Assembly (NCBI GenBank): GCA_964035575.1
Contig: OZ037846.1
Span: forward strand, 992,001-1,056,000
From: Rhynchopus sp. YZ270_cl-10
Lineage: Eukaryota
Direction of reading: 5' to 3'
DNA: 64,000 bases
Shown here: positions 44,882-56,130 of the stretch, in pieces
Numbering within the stretch: the first letter of the stretch is position 1
How the letters are laid out: every line of letters starts with the position of its first letter
Translations under genes and position numbers: made by a program
Notes under the pieces: generated by a model
Database searches by the model: none
The model's input: the letters and a program-made list of their open reading frames with translations, nothing else
What the model was told of the DNA's origin: nothing

Positions 44882-47800
44882 CAGGGTCCTCAACCTGTCT
44901 AAGTTAGGCCTTAACTTAGACAATTTTTTTTTTTTTGAAAAACGCTTTGTCTAAGTTAGACAAAACCTGGGTTTTGGGTTTTTGGGTGGTTTGAAAGAGA
45001 AGAAGCTTTACTGAAAACAACAAAAAAAATGAGTTCCCTCAAGACTCCCTCAGTCCTCACCTGCGCGGACCCCATTGTACCCACCCACACAAGCCACCTC
45101 CTCAGACTAACTACAATTGAACAAACTCATCCGCAAAAATGCCTGCCACTGCCAAGACCTCCAAAGCACAGCCCACCATCGTGTCCATGTTCAAGAAGGG
45201 AGCTGTTGCGGCACCTGTGGTACGTGTGGTGGAACCCAACAAAGGGGATACGCACTACGACCTGTGGTCTTCAGGCAAGTACAAGTCCATCCCCGATGGT
45301 CCGACACCCCGGCTCGCTTCCCTTCACCTTTTTCTTGTGGCGGAGGGGACGGTGAGGGGGTTTAAAAACCACCAGAACGACACCAACAAGGTGCTCAAAC
45401 TCTGGTTGAAGGAGTTTGATCGCGCCAAACTGGCGGACGACGACAGGGAGGGGAGCAAGCGGAAGACGATCCTGACGATCGTTGCGGAGGCGCATGAGTT
45501 CGCCATGAACGAAGCAGAGAAGGGGGGAGACAGCGATGCCTCTGCCGTGTCTGTGCAGAGCCAGGTGTCGCAAGGCAAGAAGGTGAAGAAACGTGTGGTG
45601 ATGATGGCTCCACAGGTGAGTGCTGTTAAGTACGTGGATTCAACGTCCGAAGAAGAGGAGGAGGAGCAATGTGTGCCAGTGAGACGCAACGCAGCATCCG
45701 AGCAACCCGAGGCAGCAATGGAAATCGATGATGTCGACGAGTACTCTTCTGACGGCGATGTTGTCTTCTTAGGTCCCACGCACTCCAACACGAACAATCC
45801 CAACCTCACGAACACCACGACCGCACCAGCGAACACCGACTCCACCAACACGCTGAAACGTAAACGCGAAGCGCAGGAGAAAGGTTGTATGGGTCTGCGG
45901 GAGAGCACGGTGCAGGGCCATTTGAACCGTTTTTCCCCCTGGTTGGTGGTGGGTGAAGACAAGTTCAAGTGCTTGTATTGTGGTGCTTTCTCTCATGCAA
46001 AGACCAAGCTCGCCAGAGACCTCCCTGCGCATGCAGGCGACCCCAAACACCAACGTCTCGTGAAGGCTGCCGCTCTGCAGGCTTCCAATGGAACCGTGCT
46101 TCACACGTTGCACGCCAACAGCGACAAAGAAGTCGAGTTCAACCAAAAAATGCTGAAAATATGCATTGAGGTTATTGTTTTCCTCGCGCGCAAAGGTGTA
46201 GGGCACTCTATCTTGGAGGAGTTTCTGAGTTTTTTCGCAGACAAGCTGGAGTGCACCGACATGGAGGCATACCTCAGACAACAAATACGCTATCTCAGCT
46301 GCGGTGCAGTCTTAGAGATCATGTCCTGCATCACGGAGGTGTTGACAGAAGACCTCCTCAAGCAGGTCAAAGCCTCCCGTTTCTGGGGCCTGTCGGGGGA
46401 TTGCTCACGCGACGTCAGCAAGAAGGAGCAACTCGTCTTCGTCGTGCGATACATGGTCGGTGCCACCCCCGTCGAGAAGCTCATCATGATGGGTGAGCTG
46501 AAGGACCAGACGGGGGCTGGTTACGCGTCGTTGCTGACGAAGTGGATAGACCAGCTCGGGCTCGACTACGGGAAGATGAGTGGATGCTCGTTTGATGGCG
46601 CATCGGCAATGCGTTCCTCGAACAAGGGCTGCCAACAACAAATCCGTGCAGACATAAACCCAGGCGCCCTCTTCACCTGGTGCTACGCACACTCCCTCGC
46701 ACTCTGTGGCCCAGAAGCAGCGGCAGAGGGGAAATCGCCGGAGATTACCCGGTTCTTCGACGGCCTGCGGTGGGTGTGGGTTTTTTTTTCGGGATCCAAG
46801 ATTAAGCTCGACACCCTGGAGGAGATGCTGGAGGAACTTCGCGACTTGTGTGAGTACTGTGACATCCTCATCGCAAAGCCGGGTGACACCCGGTGGCTCA
46901 CCAACGGCAGGTGTTGCAGCACCGTCCGCAAGGAGTACCCCGCCGTGCACAGCGCCCTGTGCAAGCTTGGAGAGGCCGGCGACGTGGAAGCACCGTTCAT
47001 CGCGCAGCACATCAAAGAGCCCGGTTTTTTTGCAACGTTGTCCTTCATGACGGTGGTCCTGGACGAGTTGAACGTGCTGTCGACGTCGCTCCAGAGCAGG
47101 AACACAAACCTGCTCACCGTTTGCAGCCACATCGACAAATGTGTTGCGTCATTGTCGTTGCTTGAAACCAACCCGAACATGTTCCCGTTCTACCCAGAAT
47201 GGGTACCGAGGTATAATCAATGCCACGGTACAAAACTTTCCCGTCGGAACTTTGCGATTCATCACGACACGGTCTGCAAGCCATACCTCAAGGAGCTGCT
47301 GAAGTGCCTCAGTGAACGATTCGTGAACATGGACATTGTGAGATGCTTCTCAGTATTCGACATCCGCAACCTCCCTGCTAACGCGGACGGGCTGGCGATC
47401 TACGGCAACACCGAGGTGAAGAAGCTCATCGAGGAATTTACTGAGCTGCATACACTCGAGTACAAAAAGTACGATGTTGTGGGCGAGAAGACGCGTGGGA
47501 GACCAGAGTACTCCAAGACGGAGCATACTGTGATATCGCGCACTCAAACAACGCCGTTACTGAGCGTGGACACGACGCCGTTCGTTGAGGAGTCGCCAGA
47601 ACTGAACAGTCTGGAGACAAAGAAAGCTGTAGCTGTGAAAGAATGGAGGATCCTGGTGGACGTTTTGTCGAAGAGAACTACAACAAAGGACACTTCGGAC
47701 CTGATCGCAACATTCTTGACAAGTTCCGCAGGAGACGCCTACCCCATTATGAGGGATCTTGTTTTGCTTGGGTTGTCAATCCCCGTCACATCAGTTGAAG

Positions 47801-48253
47801 ACGAGCGCTGCTTCAACGGCATGAAGTACGTCAAGAATAGCTACAGAAACAAACTGCTGGATTCAAGTCTGCTATGCATTCTTATGTGCAAACAGGCAGA
47901 GACAAATGAGAATAAATTTACGCCTGACCAAATCCAAAGGATTTTTGAAGCCTTTAAAAGAAAGAAGGTTAGAGTTTCTGTGTGATGCTTATCAGGTTGG
48001 GGGGACAATGGGGTTAGGGGTACGGGTGGGGCGAAGGGGTGGGGTGGGGTGTGATTGTTCATTTGTCGAACTCTTCTATTGAAATGAAAAGACCACTTAA
48101 CGAGTTTCGAAAAAGCAACACAAAAAAAAAAAAGCCCCCAATTTTTAGCTTTGTACAGGACCTTTTCGCGCGGAGCGCGAAAATTTTTTTTTAGCCTTTT
48201 TTTTTAACTTAGACAAATCTGTGGCCAGACTTTGTCTACGGTTGAGGACCCTG
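44882..48253 (+). mobile_element. Full-length, apparently autonomous hAT transposon
   Basis: Perfect 14-bp TIR CAGGGTCCTCAACC; 8-bp TSD CCAAAGAT/GCAAAGAT (7/8 match); intact transposase ORF. Confidence 0.95.
45139..47985 (+). CDS. hAT transposase (ZMYM1/ZNF862-like type), 948 aa
   Basis: Zn finger CLYC...H...H; GLSGDCSRDVSKKEQL (D1); FDGASAM (D2); WCYAH (CxxH); DTRW; PVTSVEDERCFNGMKYVKNSYRNKL (E and dimerisation domain). Confidence 0.95.
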   Translation: MPATAKTSKAQPTIVSMFKKGAVAAPVVRVVEPNKGDTHYDLWSSGKYKSIPDGPTPRLASLHLFLVAEGTVRGFKNHQNDTNKVLKLWLKEFDRAKLADDDREGSKRKTILTIVAEAHEFAMNEAEKGGDSDASAVSVQSQVSQGKKVKKRVVMMAPQVSAVKYVDSTSEEEEEEQCVPVRRNAASEQPEAAMEIDDVDEYSSDGDVVFLGPTHSNTNNPNLTNTTTAPANTDSTNTLKRKREAQEKGCMGLRESTVQGHLNRFSPWLVVGEDKFKCLYCGAFSHAKTKLARDLPAHAGDPKHQRLVKAAALQASNGTVLHTLHANSDKEVEFNQKMLKICIEVIVFLARKGVGHSILEEFLSFFADKLECTDMEAYLRQQIRYLSCGAVLEIMSCITEVLTEDLLKQVKASRFWGLSGDCSRDVSKKEQLVFVVRYMVGATPVEKLIMMGELKDQTGAGYASLLTKWIDQLGLDYGKMSGCSFDGASAMRSSNKGCQQQIRADINPGALFTWCYAHSLALCGPEAAAEGKSPEITRFFDGLRWVWVFFSGSKIKLDTLEEMLEELRDLCEYCDILIAKPGDTRWLTNGRCCSTVRKEYPAVHSALCKLGEAGDVEAPFIAQHIKEPGFFATLSFMTVVLDELNVLSTSLQSRNTNLLTVCSHIDKCVASLSLLETNPNMFPFYPEWVPRYNQCHGTKLSRRNFAIHHDTVCKPYLKELLKCLSERFVNMDIVRCFSVFDIRNLPANADGLAIYGNTEVKKLIEEFTELHTLEYKKYDVVGEKTRGRPEYSKTEHTVISRTQTTPLLSVDTTPFVEESPELNSLETKKAVAVKEWRILVDVLSKRTTTKDTSDLIATFLTSSAGDAYPIMRDLVLLGLSIPVTSVEDERCFNGMKYVKNSYRNKLLDSSLLCILMCKQAETNENKFTPDQIQRIFEAFKRKKVRVSV

Positions 48254-48591
48254 GCAAAGATGCACTATGCACCTGGGTGGGGTGGGAATGGGGAAAATTC
48301 TGCCCCAACCAGAACTATTCTGGGCCGGAACAAAACTGGGACACCCCCAAAAAACCCAAGTGTTCCAGTTTTGTTCCGGTCCAGAATACTTCTGTCTCAG
48401 AATAGTTACAGCCCAGAATAAATATTTTTATGGTATGTCACAGACACCCCTGTGCACATACCAACACAACGCGTGTACCCCATTTTGCTACCCTTACTGG
48501 TTGCTTTGTTTCAGAGCGTTGCCTTGTGGAGTGTGGCAGCAGGAGTAGCCGAAATAAAGCAGCTTGCACCCTACAGATACTGACACACACA

Positions 48592-50307
48592 ATGGGCTGT
48601 CTGGATGATATGCTGTCCTTGGACGGGACACTGGATAAGAGAAGCAGGCAGAAGCGGACGTTGTTCTTGCTCATTAACAGTGCATGCTTTGTTCTGCTGG
48701 CCGGTGGTGCGGCTGAGGCATGGGTGATACCACGTGGGCGGCACTTTTATGTTGTTTCCAGCGCGCTTGCCACTTTGGCGTCTCGAGCAGCTGTTTTCTT
48801 AGTCATCTGCAAGGTGAAGCTGACCACACCCATTGTCGTTTTCTTTGGTTACGTCCACGGCTTCACTACCTTAGTCGCGGACCTCACCGCCCGTGCTGCA
48901 GGGAACACGACGTGGCCACTTCTTGTGGTTATCGTCGATTTCCTCCTTGTGATGGAGACACCGACACGCTACAGCATGTGGCTGGTGTGTGCCGCAGTAG
49001 TGTACTTCGTTGTCATGGCGATTGAGGAAGCCTTCAGGTTTGGTCTGCTTGACATACCTGGTATCATGCCGCAGGAGGAGAGGGCTGCCTACTTGGAAGA
49101 GACGTACCAATGTACAGAGCTTCCCTGCCCTACGAACTCAGCGAACTACCAGAGCATTGCTGTGATGGTGTTTGTGGTGGACTTCCTTGCAACACGAGGC
49201 TTTGCACGTGGTCTCCTGAAGGAGCAAGAGTCCATGGCTCGTACGGTTAACGCTGTGCAGGAGATTGCGTCGTTGCTGGCTGGCTACGACGTGGAGCAGG
49301 TGGCGGAGCTGTTGAAGGTGCATGGGGGTGACCTGCCTGAGGGGATGACAGAGGCACTTCGGAGACTGGAGGAGAACCTGCGTGTGTACAAGGCGTACCT
49401 CCCGCAGACGTGTCTGCCGTTTGCGACTGAAAGAGACGCTGAGCAATCGTTCTCGGAATCCATGAGTGCAGGGGACGAGGCTGCAGACTCTGTGGAAAGG
49501 TCAGCGTCTTCATCTCTTCGTGCAGCAACGTTTATGCAGACAGTGAATCTTCAACAGTTGGGCCTGTCGTCTGCGAAGGTAACGCTGCTGACAATGAACG
49601 TGAAGGACACACTGATCCGCTTGGTGGAAGACAGTGCATGTTTCTCGGACCTGTTCACAACTCTTCTTCTGAAGACGTTGCAGGGAACAGAGACAAGACG
49701 TGGGATGGTGGACGTGTTCATCGGTGACAGGATCCACTGCTCGTTCAACGCGTCAAAGCAGTGTGCGTCGCACGCAACCTCCGCACTGCACACAGCCACC
49801 CTGCTCATCAGAGGTGGTGTCACATCGTACGCGAACATGGGTGTTGCAACGGGAACATTGCTGCGTGGTGACATGGGTTGTGAGGTGATGCGTCGGTTCA
49901 GCATGGTGGGGGAGCTTGTGCGTGATGTGAACGGGCTGGAACGTGTGGGGCGTATGCTGGGGTGTGATGTGGTGTGCAACAGGATGTGCTTCAGCGATGC
50001 TGAGTGCGAACACCAGCTGCGTCTGCTTCCGTGCAAGGTGGAGGTTGCCTCTGGCTGTGAGGCACAGGTTGTGGCGGAACTGATTCCGAAGCAAGAGAAC
50101 ACAGCGGAAACAGCAGACGAATGGATGTACATGATTGGTGGGAAGAAGGACTGGGAGGAGTACAACATTGCCGTGCGTGGGTACCTGCGTGGTGAGCAGT
50201 CTGACCTTGACGTTGCTATGGCGTGGTCAGCTGCGGGAGGGGTTGGCACACCAGCACACGCAGTTCCTTCCGGGACGTGCCGTGTTGTGTGTTGCTTCAT
50301 CCGGTGA
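48592..50307 (+). CDS. 6-TM pseudo-cyclase (type B, gene 6)
   Basis: Intact paralogous ORF. Confidence 0.85.
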   Translation: MGCLDDMLSLDGTLDKRSRQKRTLFLLINSACFVLLAGGAAEAWVIPRGRHFYVVSSALATLASRAAVFLVICKVKLTTPIVVFFGYVHGFTTLVADLTARAAGNTTWPLLVVIVDFLLVMETPTRYSMWLVCAAVVYFVVMAIEEAFRFGLLDIPGIMPQEERAAYLEETYQCTELPCPTNSANYQSIAVMVFVVDFLATRGFARGLLKEQESMARTVNAVQEIASLLAGYDVEQVAELLKVHGGDLPEGMTEALRRLEENLRVYKAYLPQTCLPFATERDAEQSFSESMSAGDEAADSVERSASSSLRAATFMQTVNLQQLGLSSAKVTLLTMNVKDTLIRLVEDSACFSDLFTTLLLKTLQGTETRRGMVDVFIGDRIHCSFNASKQCASHATSALHTATLLIRGGVTSYANMGVATGTLLRGDMGCEVMRRFSMVGELVRDVNGLERVGRMLGCDVVCNRMCFSDAECEHQLRLLPCKVEVASGCEAQVVAELIPKQENTAETADEWMYMIGGKKDWEEYNIAVRGYLRGEQSDLDVAMAWSAAGGVGTPAHAVPSGTCRVVCCFIR

Positions 50308-50544
50308 GGCAGTGGGGATGTTAGTATTGATACTTGAAATGATATTGCAATGTTCTAACTGTTGCGGTGTTCGTCAGTTTTATTTAATTCAACAGACTAC
50401 GTTCTGTTTCGAGCTGTTTCCAAGACGTCTGCAGGTCTTCCTCTCTCTCGCCACTGCAGCAAGAAGGTGCCACCTGGGATGGTTCCGTCATAGCGTGCAG
50501 GCGTTTCCCACACAGCTTGCACCCTACAGATACTGACACACACA

Positions 50545-53500
50545 ATGGGCTGTCTGGATGATGTGCTGTCCTTGGACGGGACACTGGATAAGAGAGGCAG
50601 GCAGAAGCGGACGTTGTTCTTGCTCATTGACATTGCATGTATTGTTCTGCTGGTTATTGGTGCGGCTGAGGCATGGATGGTGCCACGTGGACGGCACTTT
50701 TATGTTATTTCCAGCTCGCTTGCCACTTTGACATCTCTAGCAGCTGTCTTATGTGTACTTTGTAAGGTGAAGCTGACCACAACTATTATCGTTTTCTGCG
50801 GTTATATCCACGGCTTCACCACACTGTTTTCCGACCTCACCGCCCGTGCTGCAGGGAACACGACGTGGCCAGTGCTCGTGGTTATCATCGATTTCCTCCT
50901 TGTGATGGAGATACCGACACGCTACAGCATGTGGCTGGTGTGTGTACTTCGTTGTCATGGCGATTGAGGAAGCCTTCAGGTTTGGCCTGCTTGACATACC
51001 TGGTATCATGCCGCAGGAGGAGAGGGCTGCCTACTTGGAAGAGACGTACCAGTGTACGAAGCTTCCCTGTCCTGCTAACTCAGTGAACTACCAGAGCATT
51101 GCTGTGGCGGTGTTTGTGGTGGACTTTCTAGCAACGCGAGGCTTTGCACGTGGCCTCCTGAAGGAGCAAGAGTCCATGGCTCGTACGGTTAACGCTGTGC
51201 AGGAGATTGCGTCGTTGCTGGCTGGCTACGACGTGGAGCAGGTGGCGGCTGGTATTGCTGTTGGTGTTGCTGCTGCTGCTGCCGCTGGTGCTGCTGTTGT
51301 TGCGGTTACTGCTGCTGTTGCTGCTGTCGCTGGTGCTGTTGTTGTTGCTGTTGCTGTAGCAACTGCTAATGTTGCTGTTGTTGCTGCTGGCGCTGCTGCT
51401 GGTGCTGCTGTTGTTGCGGTTGCTGCTGCTGCTGGTGTTGGTGCTGTTGTATCTGCAGCTGCTGTCGCTCGACCTAACCGCATCACGTACACCCGCATCA
51501 CCCCGCACACCTAGCTCTCCACCTCTACACCAGTGGCTGCTGTTGTTGCTGGAGTTGTTGCTGTTGCTGCTATCAAAGCTGCAGCCGCTTAGGTTGTTGG
51601 GCATCAAAGGCCTCTTTTTGGGGTAATAATGGGGGGGAATGGGGGGGCTGTTTCTGCTGGTGCTGCTGTTGTGTGTGTTGGTGTTGGTGTTGCTATTGCT
51701 GTTGTTGCTGGTGATGATGTTCTTGTTGCAGCCGTTGCAGTTGCTGTAGTTGGGGCTGTTGCTGTTGCTCTTGCTGCCGTTGCTGTAGCAGTTGCTGTTG
51801 CTGTTGCTGTGGCAGTTGCTGTTGCTGTAGCAGTTGTTGCTGCTGTTGTTGCTGTTGTTGCTGTTGTTGTTGCTCTTGTTGCAGCCGTTGCAGTTGATGT
51901 AGCTGGAACTGTTGCTGTTGTTCTTGCTGCAGTTGCTGTTGCTGTTGCTGTAGCAGTTGCTGTTGCTGATGTTGTAGCCGCTGCAGTTGCTGTAGCTGGA
52001 GCTGTTGCTGTTGTTCTTGTTGCCGTTGCTGTCGTTGCTGATGCCCACCACCAACACACATATCGCCCCTATGAGGGCCTTCCTCCGCATATTGTTTTTC
52101 CCCTTTGTGAAAAAGGAAAACAGGTTGGAAAAATAAAGGGCAAGAAAAAGGGGAAAAACGCACTCAGACTGAACTGGCTTCTAAGCTCAGAGTGAGCAAA
52201 AATAAGCCTCAGAAACTGAGACCAGGTCTGCACGTTCTTCTGTGCTGCTTCGTGGTGACAGGGACGCCTCGTGTAGGCGAGCACAGGAACTACCTGGGAA
52301 GAAAGCAGAACCGTTCCAGGGGTTCGTCTGGGTCTTCTAGCTCTTTCACAAGAGAATGCCTAGACGGCTTCTGGGGGAGGGTCTTTGGGCAGGTAGTGAG
52401 GGTTGTGTAGAAAAACAAAAAGAAAATGTGTATAAAAAACATGTCCCCTTGTATAAAAAACGTGTCCCCTTGTATAAAAAACGTGTCCCCTGTATAAAAA
52501 ACGTCCATGGAGCGGACGATCAACACCGTGCAGGAGATTGCGTCGTTGCTGGCTGGCTACGACGTGGAGCAGGTGGCGGAGCTGCTGAAGGTGCATGGGG
52601 GTGACCTGCCTGAGGGGATGACAGAGGCACTTCGGAGACTGGAGGAGAACCTGCGTGTGTACAAGGCGTACCTCCCGCAGACGTGTCTGCCGTTTGCGAC
52701 TGAAAGAGACGCTGAGCAATCGTTCTCGGAATCCATGAGTGCAGGGGACGAGGCTGCAGACTCTGTGGAAAGGTCAGCGTCTTCATCTCTTCATGCAGCA
52801 ATGTTTATGCAGACAGTGAATCTTCAACAGTTGGGCCTGTCGTCTGCGAAGGTAACGCTGCTGACAGTGAACGTGAAGGACACACTGATCCGCTTGGTGG
52901 AAAACAGTGCATGTTTCTCGGACCTGTTCACAACTCTTCTTCTGAAGACGTTGCAGGGAACAGAGACAAGACGTGGGATGGTGGACGTGTTCATCGGGGA
53001 CAGGATCCACTGCTCGTTCAACGCGTCAAAGCAGTGTGCGTCGCACGCAACCTCCGCACTGCACACAGCCACCCTGCTCATCAGAGGTGGTGTCACATCG
53101 TACGCGAACATGGGTGTTGCGACTGGGAAGGTGCTGCGTGGTGACATGGGTTGTGAGGTGATGCGTCGGTTCAGCATGGTGGGGGAGCTTGTGCGTGATG
53201 TGAACGGTCTGGAACGTGCGGGGCGTATGCTGGGGTGTGATGTGGTGTGCAACAGGATGTGCTTCAGCGATGCTGAGTGCGAACACCAGCTGCGTCTGCT
53301 TCCGTGCAAGGTGGAGGTTGCCTCTGGCTGTGAGGCACAGGTTGTGGCGGAACTGATTGTGAGTGAGGAGGAAGATACAGCAGTTTCACCTGACGAATGG
53401 ATGTACATGATTGGTGGGAAGAAGGACTGGGATGAGTACAACATTGCCGTGCGTGGGTACCTGCGTGGTGAGCAGTCTGACCTTGACGTTGCCATGGCGT

Positions 53501-53583
53501 GGGCAGCTGCGGGAGGGGTTGGCACACCAGCACACGCAGTCCCTTCCGGGACGTGCCGTGTTGTGTGTTGCTTCATTCGGTGA
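50545..53583 (+). pseudogene. Disrupted type B copy (gene 7)
   Basis: 11-bp deletion frameshift at ~50944; foreign insert at 51249-52502; the 3' half resumes as ORF 52507-53583. Confidence 0.88.
51249..52045. repeat. Degenerate (GCT/GTT)n trinucleotide tracts
   Basis: Directly visible; a ~21-bp tandem repeat (TGTATAAAAAACGTGTCCCCT) follows at ~52428-52503. Confidence 0.9.
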
Positions 53584-54904
53584 TTTTATGATAGAACGAT
53601 AGGTTTTACTAAGTTTTTGTTCCTGGACTCTGGGTGTCGAAAAGCCTTAACCTTAGTCACTCACGAACGAGCCGTCACATTTATTCAGTATTGTTGACGA
53701 TCCTTTGCGTCATTCGGCGTCAGTTGTGTGACCTGATTCATCTCAAATACCACTGCATCGTGCAGGGAGAGTCTTCTGACTCTTCAGGTGCTCTTTGTAA
53801 TGAAGCAACAGCTGTAGCGCAAATGGCGGAGACCCACCTGTGCACATACCAACACAAAACGTCCCCTGTTTTGCTACCCTTACTGGTTGCTTTGTTTCTA
53901 AGCAAGATAAAACACAAAGCTTGCATTTCTTTTTTCGAACAGATGTTTGTCTCCTACTGCAAAGCGTACTCCTTCTATTTGCTTTCTTTTAAGGATCCTG
54001 TGAATAAAGACCGTGGCTATTATCTAGTGATAGTAGTCTATAATCAAACAAAATATTTTTCGAACAGATGTTTGTCTCCGCCCCGTACCCTAGATGATTG
54101 CACAGCTTTCATTCAGAAAAATATTTTTCCTCACCTTTTTTTCTTCGACAGGCGCTGGTTTTTGTGTGCGCTCATTTTCTTATGAACAAGATAAAACAAT
54201 AAGCTCGCGTTTCTTTTATTGAACAGATTTTATTCTCCGCCCCGTACCCAAAACGTAACCACCACTTTGAATCAGAAAAAATATTTTCCTCTCCTTTTTT
54301 TCTTCCACACGCGCTGGTTTTTGTATTTCGCTAATTTTTATCAAAAAGCTTTACCCCTAGTTTCGAGTGCGAAACGTTTCTCCATGTATTGCACGGGAAA
54401 CAATATGACAAACAGGTGCAGGGTGGTTCCGTGCATGTCATAGAACCTGCCTGGCACCCAATTGTGTGTCTCCCAAAAACCAAAAGCGTTGTGTGTGTAG
54501 TTTGAAGGAAGGAAAAACAAAATCAAAAAAGCTTTGGTGTCGGAACACAGCCAATCGGCGTGTTGCTCTTCTTATGTGTCTTGTCTTCGGCATACATCAG
54601 AAAAATATGCAAACGCCTGTTACCTGTGTTGTCATTATTTCCCTAGTTCTGTGTACGAAACGTTTCCCCATGTATGGCACGGAAACCAACAGGACAAAGA
54701 GGTGCCGGGTGGTTCCGTGTATCATAGAACCTGGCACCCTGTGTCTGCCAAAAACCAACAGCGTTGTGTGAAGTTTTGAAGCAACAAAAAAAAGTAAAAA
54801 GAGGACAAAAATAATAAAACCTACATTCTTGAGCTCTTCTAAACGACGTGATTTTCATTGGACGCATCCCCTTCTCCAATTCAATTCAACAACTGTAGCT
54901 TTCT

Positions 54905-55740
54905 CCCTCAAAATTCGATAACACAACCTGCGCCGAAGCTGCTGAGGTCGGAAGACAAAGAGTGAGGGAGAAGGGTCACAACCCTCAAAATTCGATAACA
55001 CAACCTGCGCCGAAGCTGCTGAGGTCGGAAGACAAAGAGTGAGGGAGAAGGGTCACAACCCTCAAAATTCGATAACACAACCTGCGCCGAAGCTGCTGAG
55101 GTCGGAAGACAAAGAGTGAGGGAGAAGGGTCACAACCCTCAAAATTCGATAACACAACCTGCGCCGAAGCTGCTGAGGTCGGAAGACGAAGAGTGAGGAC
55201 GGCGGGCCACATGCATAAACATGAATCCAAATGCTGGGCGTGTTTGCTGTATGAAAGACAGTATACCCATCAGTACGAACAAAAAGAGTGTAGAATAGTT
55301 GACAACAGTACGTCCCTCGACGGTACTGTGTATAAAACCTGCCCTAGGGTACTGAGTATTCATATAAGCAGAACATGGTTCGCGAGCAGTAGGTTCAAAT
55401 GCATTACAGAAACAAATAACAACAGTAACACCTGTAACTTTCTCCCTCAAATTTCGATAACACAACCTGCGCCGAAGCTGCTGAGGTCGGAAGACGAAGA
55501 GTGAGGGCGGAGGGCCACATGCATAAACATGAATCCAAATGCTGGGCGTGTTTGCTGTATGAAAGACAGTATCCCCATCAGTACGAACAAAAAGAGTGTA
55601 GAATAGTTGACAACAGCACGTCCCTCGACGGTACTGTGTATAAAGCCGGTCCTAGGGTACTATGAGTCTTCAAAAAAGCAGAACATGATTCGCGAGCAGT
55701 AGGTTCAAATGCATTACAGAAACAATTAACCACAGTAACA
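54905..55740. repeat. Hierarchical tandem repeat: 77-bp unit x~3.8 overlapping a 308-bp unit x2
   Basis: Unit starts (CCCTCAAA) at 54905, 54982, 55059, 55136 and 55444. Confidence 0.92.
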
Positions 55741-56130
55741 ACAATAACGCCAAACATCTATTTCCCCCCTTTTTTTTTTTTTTTTTTTTTTGAAAAACGC
55801 TAATAACGTTTTAGCCCCCCTCTGTAAGTGTTGATTGAATTGGAGTCGGGGAGCACAAGCAAAGGGCAATGAAAGGAAAACAATGAGTAAAGAACAAGAT
55901 AGAAGAGCCAGTATTTATGTCTGAATTACACACGCAATTCCAATCATTCGAACCGAAGCCGCCCAAACATTTCGGTCTGTATTATTTCCTAACAACCGTG
56001 CGCGTACCGCTTCGTGTGTTGTGTACAAAAAACAAATGCAGAGGGACTGCCTTGTGGAGTAATCTGTTTCTTTGTACCAGCAGGAGAAGACGAAAAACAG
56101 CTTGCACCCCTACAGATACTGACACACACA

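Larger units (their letters stand above)
44700..48433. mobile_element. Tc1/mariner-type MITE (~360 bp of its own sequence) split by the hAT insertion
   Basis: TIR CC(G/A)TAAAAATATTTATTCTGGG with TA on both sides (44698-99, 48434-35); paralogous spacers at ~42520 and ~53815 are empty sites. Confidence 0.88.

Noticed and set aside
51128..52195. Poly-Q, poly-N/S, poly-T/A and poly-V/A ORFs
   Set aside because: Open in most frames only because of GCT/GTT repeats; no evidence for a real gene here.
54905..55198. 77-bp repeat as a CRISPR array, or as the 77-nt Pr77 signature of ingi/L1Tc elements
   Set aside because: Units are identical head-to-tail with no spacers and no cas genes. Beyond the length and initial CCCT I see no Pr77 or HDV-like similarity.
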